Both the position numbers and the translations under genes were made by a program. The notes beneath the pieces were generated by a model. That model was not told the origin of the DNA and did not search any database. It saw only the letters and a program-made list of their open reading frames with translations. From contig OZ076409.1 in the NCBI GenBank assembly GCA_964187785.1, forward strand, positions 81,904,001 to 81,968,000: a DNA stretch of 64,000 bases. Reading direction: 5' to 3'. Source of the DNA: Amphiscolops sp. MND2022. Taxonomy: Eukaryota. Shown here one piece after another: positions 1 through 12,931 of the stretch. Position 1 is the stretch's first letter; every line of letters begins with the position of its first letter.

Positions 1-777
1 TGTGGCGAACTGCTTTTCCGTTTCCTTGACGGCATTTCCCAGATCCCACTTGTTGGATTCTTCTGCGTCCACTTTCGGCGCGTGGCCCATTTTTATGTCT
101 TTGGCGCTCTAGACGTATTTGGCCCAATTGATTGCCGGGACCTTCAGTTTCCGATCCGATTTTGCCTTCTCCCATGGGGGCGTGTTGTATTTGCCTTGAG
201 GACGGCCCGTGCTCGTCTTCTAGTTGTGACTGTTGGCGTTGTGGGCGGTCTACCTCCCAGAAAGGGTCCGCTCGTTGCGCCTTGCTTGTTGTTGGAAGCC
301 CTGAGGCTGATCTGTTTGTCTGTTTTCTATATTCTTGATGCTTATTTGCAGCTGTTCTTCTATGATTCTCCTTTCATTTCGGAGGAATCTGGGCTCGTGG
401 TATTTCTCCCAACGGATACCGGATTGCCGGTAAACGCCGGGTTTGACTATATCTTGCCAGCGGGCTATCAAGTTTCTGCTTTCTTTTGTGGAAGGATCAG
501 CGAGTTCAAAATTATCAATGGTGCGTGCGTCCATGTTTATATTAACTTTTGTATGTTGAGAATTCGTGCAATTTTCGTCAGTTGATTAAAACAAGCAAAG
601 GCATTTTGTTCACGTGCATTGGATTGTTTTGGTTCGTTACGTAATATCTAGCATTGTGATAGCTCTAAATGGTTGCCAAGGCAACCGTATTTGGTCATGA
701 TATTGTAATGCGGTATGATGCTATTGATTACGTAATCTTCGTCGTATGCGTCATCCGTTTGCGATGGTGCGGACGGA

Positions 778-2520
778 TTTCTACTGAGATAATCAGTGAG
801 TGCTAAATGCTTACCGGCTGTATGGCTTACGTTAATCGAAAAGTGAGCTCGTCGGTCCAGCCATCTCGGTAACCTTGCGCTATACGTTTGTTTCGACAGA
901 TTGCGTTTGATTAGTGGTTCGAGCGCTTGCTGATCCGTGAGTAATTTTATTGGTTTCCCGTAAATATATAGACGGAAGTGCTCCAGTCACCAATACAACG
1001 CTAATAAATCCATTGATGGCGTATTTGTTTTCTGTATCGGAAAAGAAACGTCTGGCAAATCCAACCGGTTTCAATTTTCCGTCTGTCGGTTCTTGCCAAA
1101 TCGTTGCCACGAGACCTTTTGTGCTCGCGTCCGTGTTTAATATATTCGGATAGTTCGAAATTTTGTGTGCCAGACACGGTATCTCCATGATTTTTTGTTT
1201 CCAATTTTCGAACGCTTTTGTGTGTTCTGCGGTCCATTTCCACTCCGTATCCTTGTTGAGTAATTGTCTCAAATTGTCCGTTTGAGCTGAAAGTTTTTCG
1301 ATATCTTTAGACTAATACTGGATTGCTCGCTGGAAGGACTGTAGCTCTTTTTCGTTTTTTGGTTCTTTTAATTCTTTGATCGCAAGTAATTTGTCTTGTA
1401 ACAATCGGATTCAATTCTGGTCTATTTAATGACCGATCCATTCTATTTCAGTTTTGAATAATTCGGAATTTCTTTCGCTCAGATGCTAGCATGCGTTTTC
1501 TAATTTTGATAGTATGTTTATAACCTCCTTCACGTGTTTTTGTTTGGAGCCTTTTGCCACTACTATTATGTCGTCCAGCCAGGCTTGGTCTTTATTTTTA
1601 ATGTTTAATCGATGTTTTCTTGAATTATCGTCAGGATATCTGCTAGCTCGTAAAAGCCTTTAAGAACCGATAGTATCCGGTGAAATTACATCCGGTGACT
1701 GCAAAGGTGCATAGATCCATTGCTCTCTTTGAGAGTTGTAATTGGCCGTATGCGTAATTGAGATCGTATTCGTAAATCCAGATTTAATCCGCTGATCAGT
1801 CCGCTAGTTTCCTGGAAATTCTCGATATGAGTTCTTCCATATTTGGCGTTTGTGCCTTTCTTTTTATAGTTAGTTCATTCAATTTTCCTGAATCTATCGC
1901 TGTTTTCACCGATTTGTCTTTTTTGATTGTAATCACCGCGGAACTTACAAAACAGTTTTAATCGATGTTTTTTGCTTCTTCAATGTGTCCCTGTTTGTCA
2001 GTGTTCAATTTTTTTCTACCCCGGGTTGTAGATGGATGGGGATAGGTCTACCCTTTTCCGGTATCAGTTTCGATCCCTCTTTTACCTGGATGTCTACTTC
2101 TACATAATTGACTGTGTGATTTTTTGTTAAAAGTTTGTGGAATTTACTTTTCTGTGTTGCTATATCTGCGTCCGATCTGTTGTTGATTTGTTTCGATTTA
2201 TTTATGTAGTTGACTGTTTGATGTGGGGCTTCCGTTTTCAGCGTTATCCCCAGTTTTTCCATCCAATTGAGTCCAAGTAGCAGGTGTGTTTGTTTAGTAG
2301 TTATCAATAGCTCCAGTTGTTTCACTTTCCCGTAGTATTCGATGTTTGCCGTGGTTTTAACTTCGAACTTTATTTTGTTATTATTTACGTCCGGGTAATC
2401 TTCCAATACCGGTCTAATTGTGGTTATCTTGTTGAATCTTGCCTTCGGTATGGTATCAGTGTTACCGGTGAGCCTGTGTCGACAATAAGTTCTATTGGTC
2501 AGTTATTAATCAATAGCGTT
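778..2520 (-). pseudogene. pol: Disrupted pol (aspartic protease, reverse transcriptase, RNase H) of the Gypsy element
   Basis: DTGS, WLDD and DAS motifs, spread across frame-shifted ORF pieces (2005-2406, 880-1272). Confidence 0.88.
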
Positions 2521-2669
2521 TTTGTGTAGAACATTATTCCGTTCTTGCTTTTCGTTCCAATGGAAAGTATCGAATGTATTTTTTGTTGGATTGAGTGGAT
2601 TTCGTCTGGTACCCAGTCATCTTCTTCTGCACTGTATGCTTCTTCATCTGCGATGTGGATTATTTCATG

Positions 2670-3420
2670 GCTGATCTGCAACATTTTGCGTTATTTCCCA
2701 GTTTACCGCATTTTATGGACAAATTGGGTGCTCAGCGTTTGTTGCAGTCCAGTCGTCCTGGTTTCTCTCTTGAATCGGTTTTTTCTTGCAATTTTTTAAT
2801 TGTCTTTTGTCCACGTATTGGAATTTCTTTTCGTTTTCTGTTTCGGGAGATTCGTTCAGTTTTTCGTACATATGTTCATGTATTGCGTCTTTGGCTGCTT
2901 CTACAGACATATCGCTCTTTCGGATCTTTTTCTTTAGTTCAAAGTCCCCCGTAGACTTTCCTATTGGTGATAAGAATTTTGAGGCTATGAGCTCGGCTGC
3001 TGTTATTGTCTTGATTTCGCAATACGTTTCGACGTCTACGATCTTTTTTCATACGTCCGCGGCTGTTTCGTTTGTTTCTCCTTTTATGTCAAAAAAATCG
3101 GCCCGGCTGTGTTGTACATTTCTTTCTGGGGTAAAATGCAAAACGGAATAAAGTGTACTTTTTGTTTAACGGTAGGGCACTGGGTTCCTTTTCTCTGAAC
3201 GTTTTTGTCATTTCTGTCAGTGCACTTTGTCCAATCGCCCATGGGATTGTATCTTTTATCTCGAGTTTCTGTTGGTCTCGGAATTGTGACAGTACCTCTT
3301 TTGATTTGGTCATGATTGACAAAATGATGTACTTTGTCAATTTTATGTACTGCACAAACTTTCGCCGCCAAAGATTGCGCCGGAACAATCGTGTTTCTCT
3401 AGGCTTGGAATGGATAGTTT
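2670..3420 (-). pseudogene. gag: Disrupted gag of the Gypsy element
   Basis: ORF pieces 3089-3598 and 2713-2910 lie upstream of the protease; degenerate zinc-knuckle remnant CGKLGNNAKCCRS near 2672-2710. Confidence 0.65.
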
Positions 3421-3422
3421 CT

Positions 3423-3711
3423 GGGTGCATGTCCGGTCGCCCGCTCTCATTGCAGTCCAATGGGTAGTGACCGGCTGCTTGTCGACTGATCGGTTGTCCG
3501 ATTCTGTTGTCCTCCCGTTTGTGGAGAGATGTTGTTGGAGTCATCCATTCGTTGTTTGGAGTGCATGTCCGGGTGCATGTCCGGTCGCCCGCTCTCATTG
3601 CAGTCCAATGGGTAGTGACCGGCTGCTTGTCGACTGATCGGTTGTCCGATTCTGTTGTGCTCCCGTTTGTGGAGAGATGTTGTTGGAGTCATCCATTCGT
3701 TGTTTGGAGTG
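3423..3711. repeat. 148-bp tandem duplication in the Gypsy leader/gag start
   Basis: GGGTGCATGTCCGGTCGCCC... starts at 3423 and again at 3571; the copies are almost identical. Confidence 0.95.
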
Positions 3712-3756
3712 GGTAGTTGTTAGCTAGTTCTGTTCTAGTTGTCAGTTAAACTGACA

Positions 3757-3957
3757 CTGACTGTGCCATGTTGTAACTTCAGAATATGAAAATTGAGTAT
3801 CGTAACAAGACTGTATTTTATCTCTGATCAATCTGTACTGAATAAGAATAGTAGCGTAGTATGGTAAAATGTTAACAGGTACTTGATACTAATTATATAA
3901 ATAGGATAGAGCCTCATAGTAGTTTGTCCTCTAAATTCTTCTTATTCTTCATATTCA
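3757..3957 (-). promoter_or_regulatory. Short 5' LTR (~3769-3957) and primer-binding site (3757-3768)
   Basis: On the minus strand the LTR ends ...ACAACA and is followed directly by TGGCACAGTCAG, similar to a tRNA-Ser 3'-end complement. TATA-like TTATATAA lies inside. The outer LTR boundary is uncertain. Confidence 0.6.
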
Positions 3958-6900
3958 AAAAAGGCAGTTATGCTTCAGAAAAAAATGATAACTTTTTCAA
4001 ATTTTTAAAATCTTAAGCAATTTCGGCACAACCCAGAAAGTTTTCATGAATAAGAATATCTCCAGTCAAAAATGACACAAGAAAGCGTTTTAACAACATT
4101 TTCAAGTTAACACAGGACTTCATACGGGCAAAAAAATCAAAATTTAAATTTTCGATTCTGCACATTTCCATGCAACTTTTGGTAAACTTCTGGAACTTTT
4201 GGTTGGTATTACAGTACATTGAATTCAGAGTTGCAATGAGTATCAAATTGGGATGATGTTGACGAGAACAATCTGCGGACTGTAAATTGAAACGCTTCAA
4301 AATAACCCCAAAAATGTTGAAAAACTAAAATCATTTCCAATTTTTGAAAATGTAGTGGCAATTTTTGTCGAGTTTTTAAAAATTCTGATCGAGGAGAATA
4401 TCGTGCGACTTCAACGACGGACAAATAAACTATCAAGCACAACTTCAGGAGGGAAAGTTGGAGTATTTTGTTCATAAAGAGTTCGAAAAGCCTAGAAAAA
4501 AACTTTTCTCCAGTTTCCGTAACTCTGTTGAACCTGTTCGTGGGTATGGATAATCACAGCATTCGAAGAAACAATAATTGTCTCTTTTGCATTTTGGGAA
4601 ATTAAAAAGTTGACTTTTTTGATTATTTCATGTTTTTTGGATGAAGTTCGAATGTTGGAGTTATGAATATCGATGGAGTACAAGAGCAAGACGTTTCGCA
4701 TCTAAACATAGCTTAATGGGAGAGAAGACTCATTCAGTGTTGTTCAAAGAAAGGCGTGAAATTAATTGAAAGGTGTTGAAATTCCACACTCGAGTCCTAA
4801 GAAAGCTAATTTAGTTCGGGTTGGAAAATATCCCACTGGTCAGTAGGCGTCTTCTTCCAGTAACTTGAGATCATAGTGATTATCAAACTGAAAATTTTGC
4901 CTTGAATTAAGGCTTTTTTGGTGATGCGGCATTCATGATTTTATATGTTTAATGCACTTCAAATGATTGCTTGCATTGCAAATGTAAGTTTCATGCATGG
5001 AAACAAAACGAAGGTATCGTACGAAACCATATGTTTGCATGCATGGAATTGCATAGAATTCAATGATGCGTCGAATCCGGGCCGTTATCTGAACAAAATA
5101 CATCCCTTTTGTTCGATTTCGATCCAGTAATCTGACACTGCACCGCAGTTCGTTTGGTCATGGGCATCCTTTGACTGCTCATTATGCACGGACATCAAAC
5201 ATCGCTCAAGCTACTTGAAATTATTGGAATATTTAATTTTTGATGAGTTTTTGACTGTCATTTAGTTCTGCAGTTGCATCATTTACTAAATGATCCAAAA
5301 CAAACGGAACGCAAAAAATTTTCGCTCTCTCAACATCTCAAATTTTTGTCAACGAACAATTCAAAACAACTTTGAACGCTATAATTCAGCCTGTAAATTA
5401 TTCATGTTGGCAACTTTTCCTCGGAGCGAAAGAACGTGCACACATTAAAACTGAGAGCGAAACGACTTGTAGAGATTTCCGAACTTTTTCTGAAGGTTGA
5501 AACCACCCTAAATTGAAGATGTAATTACGTAGTAAAAGACCCATTTTGAATAATTGACATCATTAATTGGAAAAATGGAACCTTGCCTTTGCCTTGTTGA
5601 GAAATATCACAGTTTTGAGATGCGAAATTTTTGAGCGTTTCGATCTTTTAGTTACCCTTGTACATATTTTGGTAGATTTGTTTGATTGCGTTGATTACAA
5701 TGTTTTGTAGGATTTTTTGACTTTTGATCATGTTATGATGTATATTTAAGTTTTGTACCTTCAGAAGGTAGATTATTCGGATGTGATATCTGTGAAGGTA
5801 AAGATAACAGTGAGTACTTCAAGTACCTCGCCTCATTGTTTAATGTCAATAAAATCGTCTTTAGTCCCGTTGACAACCAAAATAAGCATTCCTAGTTGAT
5901 ATCAACCGACTGCGCAACGTGTTAATGCAATACGGCCGCCGCCACCACCCAAAATTATGTATGAGAATTTTCATCAGAAGCAACTTTGACATTGCATTTC
6001 TTAGCAACTATTGCGATTATATTAAAACTTAAATGGAATAAATGTTTTTTATTGACCTGACTAGGTGTTGAGTATACTTTATAGAATTTTTGAGAAACGA
6101 TTTTTTTTAAAAAAAATTGAGCTAAAAGTCACTAGTACATACGAACAGAATTCCAGTCAAATTCTATGTTAATACATGTGTTTGACAACGAAAACTACGC
6201 AGTGAGCTGAAGAAGCATAGAATGCAACTCACCAAAGCGTGTCAAAAAGTGAAAGGAATGAAATTGAGAACGCACTATTGGCTGTACGCACGTGGGTGTA
6301 CGCCTAGGTAATAAAGAAACGGCCTCCACACACATTGGAATTACCACCTTTCTTAATGCGAAGTAAAAATCAAAAGGTGATATCTCGAAAATGAAAAAAA
6401 ATCAACAAACGGTTTTCAGCATTCGACTGCCCATCCAAAGGAGAGCTGAGCTTAAGTAGACAAAATGATCCCCGTGCAACAATGACATTTTGGCCAGTGG
6501 AGGCTTCGAAAATAAGTGCTTGTAAAATTTTGACGAATTTCCAAAACTGACTTTCCTTCAAAATTTTCGTGTGATTTTGACACTAAATGTCTCTGAAAAA
6601 CTTCGTATATAGTTTAAAACAAAGATGGATGAAATGTCTAAATTGTGTTAAATGGAAATAAAATAACAACCAGCAATTTTTGAGATATGAGTCAGCAAAC
6701 GTTGAAAAGGCCCCGAAAGAGCCAAAATAGCTGTTTCTCGCATGTTATCGCCAAGTATTTGACGTACAATGGCACAAAAGCCGCCCGTTTTCCAGCGTAC
6801 TTGAAAGTTGAAGTGAATGAGTGAATGGATTATTAAATAGAGCAGTGCAGCGCGCTAGCGAGAAACCTCCAACAATTGAAAATTGTGTTTTCTTTTTTCT

Positions 6901-8447
6901 AAAAGGAAGATCGATCGACCTACCAAAATGCTAACCTCAGCACGTTTTATTCATTATCGAGCTGAAACTCAGACTTTTCAACGCTGGACACTGAAACGCT
7001 GGACTTTTCAAATTGAAGGTGTACGAGCCCTCTAAAGTTGATAGTTTTGCAATTGCCGATACCAGATGTTTGACTACCTAACTATACTGGCTAAAGGCGT
7101 TTTTCACCGTAAAGAGTCGAAATGAAGAGATATAGATGGGATGTTTTTGTAGCCGTTCAAATGCCCTTACAGATGGTGTGCTTAGTTTTGTTCCTTGGCT
7201 ATCGGAACACGTAGTTTTTGTCAGAATGTGTATGTCGAAAATCGACTTTTTGGGATGTGAAATTAAATCGGCTTTCAGGTCATTGTAATATGTTGGGAAT
7301 TATTTCCTCCAGCCATACTTTGCTGAAGAGCGTTGTCAGGAATCGTGTGAGAAAGGGGACCCGACAAAAGAGCCAAAGTTAAAGTCTGTTTGCAAAATTG
7401 GGAAAAATGAAGTCAATAATACATCTCTTTAAATCTGACTGAAAACGAAGTAAAACCACTAGTCATGATTGACAGAAAGGTAGAACCAGGCCCGACTAGT
7501 GATTTGCAAATGTACTTTTGATGAACTTCTAGTACCGAAGTAGGAAAAACTGTCTCACTCAAACATATGATTTTATTATGGATAAGGCAAAACGTATTCT
7601 GGGCAGTGTATATTAGATAATTGATGCTATCTCCCTTCTTTTCCCAAACCGCTGAACTAAAAAATGGAACATGATTGAGCTTGAAAAGAACTCTTGAGAC
7701 ACCGGTTTCGTCAACAAAAATGTTTTTCCAGTTCGTAAATTTTATTCTGAACGAATTAGTGAATTTTCAGGTATTTCTCGCATCTACATACCGTTAAAAA
7801 ATTTCACAGCCTTCGGAAAGGTTTCGCAAAAAAAACGAGAGCGTCTCGGGCCCAAAAGGGTTTCGAGTTTGACCTTTTTTTACCAAGCCGTCGTCAAATC
7901 CACTACAGCATATAGATGAATTCAGTAAATAATTTGGGTCTGCAATTCACTCAATTTTTATTCTCGAAAAATATTTGTGCTTTTGTTGCAAAATCGGCTT
8001 AAAGGAAATAGGTTTTCAAAGGTGTGTGTAAATTTCACCCCATCTATTAATTTCACCTCGACGTCATTTCATTTCACGTTAAATTCACACCACTTTCATT
8101 TCACTCCACATTCATTTCACCCCACATACAATTATGTACATTCAAAAGCGTCTCTCCTTGAGTAACCATTAACAACTAAACTGATTTGATAATCAGGTTC
8201 TTGTCATACGTCAGTAATACAAGCCGGAAACGGCAGAAGTCGATGACCCGCTTAGGGCTCAAAACTGCACTTCGAAGCGTCAAGGACTCGTCTGAAGAAA
8301 TTCTCAATTTCACAGTACCGAAACAACCTTCAAATCGTTTTAATTCAAAAATTATCCATAACTGCTTGAAACGTTTACATGCTTTCACTGGCATTGTTTA
8401 TCATCTTAAGCATGATTTTGAGAGTTTCATAGAAGACGTATAGCCAC

Positions 8448-9035
8448 AGTTTGTCCCAAGCGACAATTCGTTCCAAATGCCAAAGAGCGTCAGTCAATTC
8501 GTCCCAAGTTTCAATTCGTCTCATTTGAAAAAGCGACATTTCGTCCCAATTATTTAAAGCTGCAATTCGTCTTCAATTAATACCTCTGTAATAATGTATT
8601 CGGAAATATTACATTTACAGACATGTACCAACAATTAACACCAATTAATGGTGCTTAAATATAAGGTGTCAAGTCAAAATACCGCAAGTCAAAATACCAG
8701 AGGTCGGAAGGCCACAGGTCATAAAACCACAGAGTCAAATTACCAGACGCTCAAATAATGACCGTCTGGTAATTTGACTCTGTGGTTTTATGACCTCTGG
8801 TCTTTCGACCTCTGGAATTTTGTCATCTGGTATTAAGACCTGTAACCAAATATAATGTAACTAATGCTTAAATGTAATTATCTGTGGTTTATTTGCTCAA
8901 TTCTTCGATTTCAATCTTCAAAAAGTTGTCAATTAGCTGATCAATTGAACAATTTGGGACGAATTGTGGCTTTTTACAAATGTCGCTTTTCAAAATGTGA
9001 CGCACAGCCGCTTGGGATGAAATGTCGCCCAACCC
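8448..9035. mobile_element. Degenerate fold-back/MULE-like non-autonomous element (GCGACATTTCGTCCCAA repeats); left end eroded
   Basis: ATTCGTCCCAA repeats at 8450-8575 are mirrored by TTGGGACGAATT/TTGGGATGAAATGTCGC at 8955-9030; right end ...GTCGCCCAACCC. Confidence 0.6.
8665..8847. mobile_element. 183-bp palindromic MITE with 15-bp-periodic arms and 8-bp TSD, nested in the previous element
   Basis: Termini GGTGTCAAGTC...GACCTGTAACC; TSD AAATATAA at 8657-8664 and 8848-8855; near-perfect internal hairpin ACCACAGAGTCAAATTACCAGACG / CGTCTGGTAATTTGACTCTGTGGT. Confidence 0.9.
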
Positions 9036-9144
9036 ATAGAAGATAAATTATACTAATTGTTTCCCTGATGCAGTGCTAATTTTTCAGTTTGGGTTGTTAA
9101 TTAGACGTAAGGGCGTTTCATTGAACATTCAAAAAGGGACTCAC

Positions 9145-9275
9145 TTGTCTGTCGAAGGGGAAGTGCAGCACTTTTAGTTTGCACTGGAGCTCCACTCGGA
9201 AAGGCTTCAGAACCAGAATCATGCCAGTGTGGAAAATAGCCGGCGGTGCCGGAAAATGCTCATTGAAGTGCAACC
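9145..9275 (-). CDS. Exon of a Cys-loop ligand-gated ion channel (loop E and first half of the Cys-loop)
   Basis: Acceptor cttttctgtttgtttttccag and donor gtgagt. Translates (G)LHFNEHFPAPPAIFHTGMILVLKPFRVELQCKLKVLHFPFDRQ, the C-x(6)-FPFD-x-Q Cys-loop signature. Its start phase fits the exon at 26558-26705. Confidence 0.9.
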
Positions 9276-10275
9276 CTGGAAAAACAAACAGAAAAGGTTA
9301 AATTTTGGATGTGAGCATCAAACTTACCACATAATCAGCTGTTAGATTAAACTGCTCTCCTCTTATATAATCGACCTGATCTGATCACAGGTTCAAATTT
9401 TGGTCTTTCAGTTTTTCTGTTGATGTCTCAGCACCTTTTTGGTGACACTTGTCAACTCATTATTACTTCGATATTGAATCTTGAAAACCAAATCACTGAT
9501 TCACACACAGAATTGAGGAAGATGTAGACAAAAAATCACCCGGGAAATTATCCGGGAGGCCTAATGTAAAAGAAAAAGCTCATTTGCCTCATTTTAATCT
9601 CTAGTTTATTCTAGTATTTTTATGAAGATGTTCATTTTTTATTATTTTACCTGATAGTTCTAATAGTTAGAATACCTCAAGTATGATTGATTTTGAAAAA
9701 TAATGGCAATATTTAATAATTGAGATTAATGACTTCCAGTTTCAAAGCAGTTTAATGTTGTCAAATCTGTTTGAATTTTGTATTTCTAAAGCCTTTTTAC
9801 TGTCTTGATTTCGACATTTGTTTGAATCTTACATCATGATATCACTATGATGGCGAAAAAAAGAAATTCTTCAGAGAGAATTTATATAGAGCAAGATAAT
9901 AAAAGCTCTACATAATCAAAGTGACAATGATACAGACACTGATACTCAATTTGCCGGCCCGTTTGTTTGCCGGCGTGACAACTTTGTTGCCTGTGAAATC
10001 AAGGAAAGTCCAAAAATTACCATTTCACGATGGTGTAAATTAGTGACCGTTCATCAGGGAATTAAATTTTGGAAAGTTCATTTTGACACTCTAACATCAA
10101 AAGGGATAGTCCCGTTTTCTATCTGCTCATAGAAAGCCGCTTGCCAGACTTAGTGGCTGTTCACAAATGATGCTTGCCCGGAAAGGTCAGAAAAGAGACT
10201 CCGTATGTCTGATTAAACTGAATCAAAACGCTTTTCTTTCATTTTTCAGATGTCATTAAAAATCTTCATTCCTAG

Positions 10276-10771
10276 TTTTAAGTCGGCGTTTTCGTAGAAA
10301 ATCCCGACTCTTACAGTGGCTAGTTTTTTTTCGTCAGTTCAACGCGTAACGTCCACTTTTTGTGCATTAATGCACATTTACCAACTTTTACCATATGTAC
10401 TTAGTACTTCATTTTCAACGCATCCAAAACCTCTAACATGAGATAAAAAGCCATTCCAAAGCAGAAGGGTCCACTTTTTTCGACACTATGAGACTTTCCT
10501 TCTTTTTTCGGCACTGTGAGACTGATTTTTTTCCGAATTTTTTTTATTGTTCCTCCCATCAATTTTTGATATTTTGCAACAGAATGGATGTTCAAAAATC
10601 CCAAAGCGTCCCTCTTTTACATTTTTCGGCACTATGCGACTTACCGGAAACTTCAAAAAAATTCCGAAAAAAAATTTTTGAGAGCTTTTGTTGTCTCCTG
10701 TTGTAGAAAAAGTGGTTTTCGTCTTTTTGAGCCTTAGATATGGCGCCGACTTGGGCCGTTCCCGGCTTGTT
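10276..10771 (+). mobile_element. Helentron-type non-autonomous element (HINE/DINE-1-like), family 1
   Basis: 5' TTTT(A)AGTCGGCG with partner CCGACT; 3' subterminal GCGCCGACT, hairpin GGCCG-TTCC-CGGCT and TGTT; internal TTTTCGGCACTGTGAGAC repeats; no TSD. Confidence 0.8.
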
Positions 10772-11119
10772 GTTTCTATCATGAGACAAGAAAATTACTC
10801 AACTGAGCTTCCTGTTATGAAGAATGAAGCATGCAAAAAATCAACTTCAGAATTTGAAAATCACGGTAATTTTTTAAAGCAAACTCAGTAATAAGCGGAA
10901 CATGCTAAACTAAATTTTTAGGCTTTCCAAAAAAAGACGGCTTCCAGCCAAAGTTTACCCGGAATATAAAGGGATCTCTTGAAAGGGTTCTCTTTTTCTT
11001 TTGACATACTTGATCAGATTGAAACAAGAATTTGAGTTTTATTTTCAGAACTCAGCGACTGTATCTAGAAACGTTTTATGAAAGAGTTTTTAGTTAGAAA
11101 ACGTTTTTTGAGCTCTATG

Positions 11120-11237
11120 GATTTTTTCGGCACTGTGAGATTGAGATTTTTTTGAAACAGACCATTTAATGATTTCGAGTACCTCTTTTTAGGCCTAATG
11201 CGTGCGGGGCACCAACTTATGCCGGTCTCGACTTGTT
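11120..11237 (+). mobile_element. Degenerate 3' fragment of HINE family 1
   Basis: TTTTTTCGGCACTGTGAGA core and decayed end GGCACCAACTTATGCCGGTCTCGACTTGTT. Confidence 0.55.
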
Positions 11238-11908
11238 TGAAATAAATTCAGTCGGAAAACCTGTTGAAATAACTTGTAATCTGTTTTATTATGGTCGAAT
11301 CGTTCAACTTTGAAACCGGTTCCTTTGAAATTTTTTGCTCAATTTTTTAGCATTGGTTTCGGTCGAAAATGAACTCCTTCGATTTGATTTTCGAGCCATA
11401 TTTTGGTCGTTTGTCTGTTTTTTCTAATAGGTTGATTCAATGCACATAGAATGGTCAGTTCCTTTTTTGACGAAGGAAATTTATCAACTTATTGCGAATA
11501 TTTTAAATCATTCACTTTCAAACGAGACGTAATTGAGGCTTGTGTGTTGTAGTTCAAATCAAGTAAATATTTTTGAATCTGTCAAACGACGGGGTATGAC
11601 ATATACCGTATTCCGGCCTCAGACACTTGCCCTGACTTAGAGTTCTCAGCAATCTAGATCTTTGCTCCCAGTAAGCATAGGAGATTCCAGTGGAAGCGAC
11701 ATTAGGCATCGAATGTGCATGATCTAGTAAATAAGGACTTTTCCGCCAGATATATGAATTATTAGTGCTAAGTCCAATCACTTTTAAGATAGGAGTCAAA
11801 TTCTTCGACAAGTAATCAATTGTCGAGAAGACAGCCCTCTGGAGCCTGTACAAAAGGACTTTTTTTAGTTTCTAAGAAGACGCTCGCTAAGCACCGGTAT
11901 ATTTTCCG

Positions 11909-12908
11909 GGGTACGGAAAACTCAACACAAGAAAACTCAACACAGAAACCTCAACACATAGTAAAAACCAGAAAACTCAGTACAAGAAAACTCGACACAT
12001 AAACCTCAACACAAAAATTCAACCCATTTCAACACATTTATTTAATTTTAGTTAACACCTCAATTAAGTTTAAATTCCGAAATCTAATTAATTGTTAAAT
12101 TCGTATAGTTCCCGTTTACACTTAGTCACAATTACGACTCCTTTCAAACCGACAAAACATTCATTATTTCACAGCACAATACACGCTTAACAACACATCT
12201 GTACCTTGCAAAGCTCTTTTTTTTTCTAGCTGTCATTTTCCAAGACACATTTTTGTTCTCGGATTTGAGATTGGGAAAACGTAATTCAGGTGTAATTTGT
12301 GAGCTGATGAATCCAAAACTATTCAGTGAATTCCATTGTTGCTAATATATGCTTGTATATATTGGCAACATGTATATATACATATATAATATATATATCA
12401 CGATTAATAAATGTTTGCAATGTATTGAGTTTTCGTGTGTTGATTTTTCTGTGTTGCGTTTTTTGTGTTGACTTTTCTGTGTTGAGTTTTCTGTGTTGAG
12501 TTTTCTTGTGTTGAGTTTTCTGTGTTGAGTTTTCTTGTGTTGAGATTTCTTGTGTTGAGTTTTCAGTGTTGAGTTTTCTTGTGTCGAGTTTTCTGTGTTG
12601 AGTTTTCTTGTGTTGAGATTTCTTGTGTTGAGTTTTTTGTGTTGAGATTTCTTGTGTTGAGTTTTCAGTGTTGAGTTTTCTTGTATCGAGTTTTCGGTGT
12701 TGAGTTTTCTGGTGTCGGGTTTTCTTGTGTTGAGTTTTCTGTGTTGAGTTTTTTTGTGTTGACTTTTCTGTGTTGAGTTTTCTTGTGTCGAGTTTTCGGT
12801 GTTGAGTTTTCTTGTGTTGAGTTTTCTGGTGTCGGGTTTTCTTGTGTTGAGTTTTCGATGTTGAGTTTTCTTGTTTCGAGTTTTCTTGTGTTGAGTTTTC
12901 TGGTAATC
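11909..12908. mobile_element. 1-kb fold-back/MULE-like element with arms of GAAAACTCAACACAA 14-15-mer tandem repeats
   Basis: Short left array (11917-12020) inverted relative to a long right array (12425-12900); termini GGGTACGGAAAA...TTTTCTGGTAATC; flanks ATTTTCCG / ATTTTTCCG (imperfect 8-9-bp TSD). Confidence 0.85.
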
Positions 12909-12931
12909 ATTTTTCCGTCACAAAAATTTCA

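Larger units (their letters stand above)
1..3957 (-). mobile_element. Degenerate Ty3/Gypsy LTR retrotransposon (5' LTR, gag, protease, RT, RNase H); 3' part runs off the left edge of the window
   Basis: Minus-strand order gag-PR-RT-RH. Protease LIVDTGSPVT (~2460-2490); RT YDLNYAYGQL...GYYRF (~1660-1770) and AWLDDII (~1564-1584); RNase H TDASTKGL...KYAIN (ORF 880-1272) and LTDYLSRNP (~778-804). Many stops and frameshifts. Confidence 0.92.

Noticed and set aside
82..585. 167-aa plus-strand ORF
   Set aside because: Antisense to the Gypsy pol region; no independent motif.
4806..4887. Possible last exon of the channel (LIITMISSYWKKTPTDQWDIFQPELN*)
   Set aside because: The intervening loop-B and TM1-TM3 exons could not be found between 4887 and 9145, so there is no support.
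9328..9375. Exon-like block with a gtaagt donor 52 nt from the Cys-loop exon
   Set aside because: The phase needed to join the Cys-loop exon contains a TGA, and the other phases break the downstream frame.
10090..10218. Minus-strand FNQTYGVSFLTFPGKHHL* resembling an LGIC pre-loop-A segment
   Set aside because: In-frame stop and no WxPD; the real loop A exon is at 26558-26705.
12425..12900. Regular repeat array that could be taken for CRISPR or a repeat protein
   Set aside because: Contiguous 14-15-mers with no unique spacers; it is the arm of a fold-back element in eukaryotic DNA.
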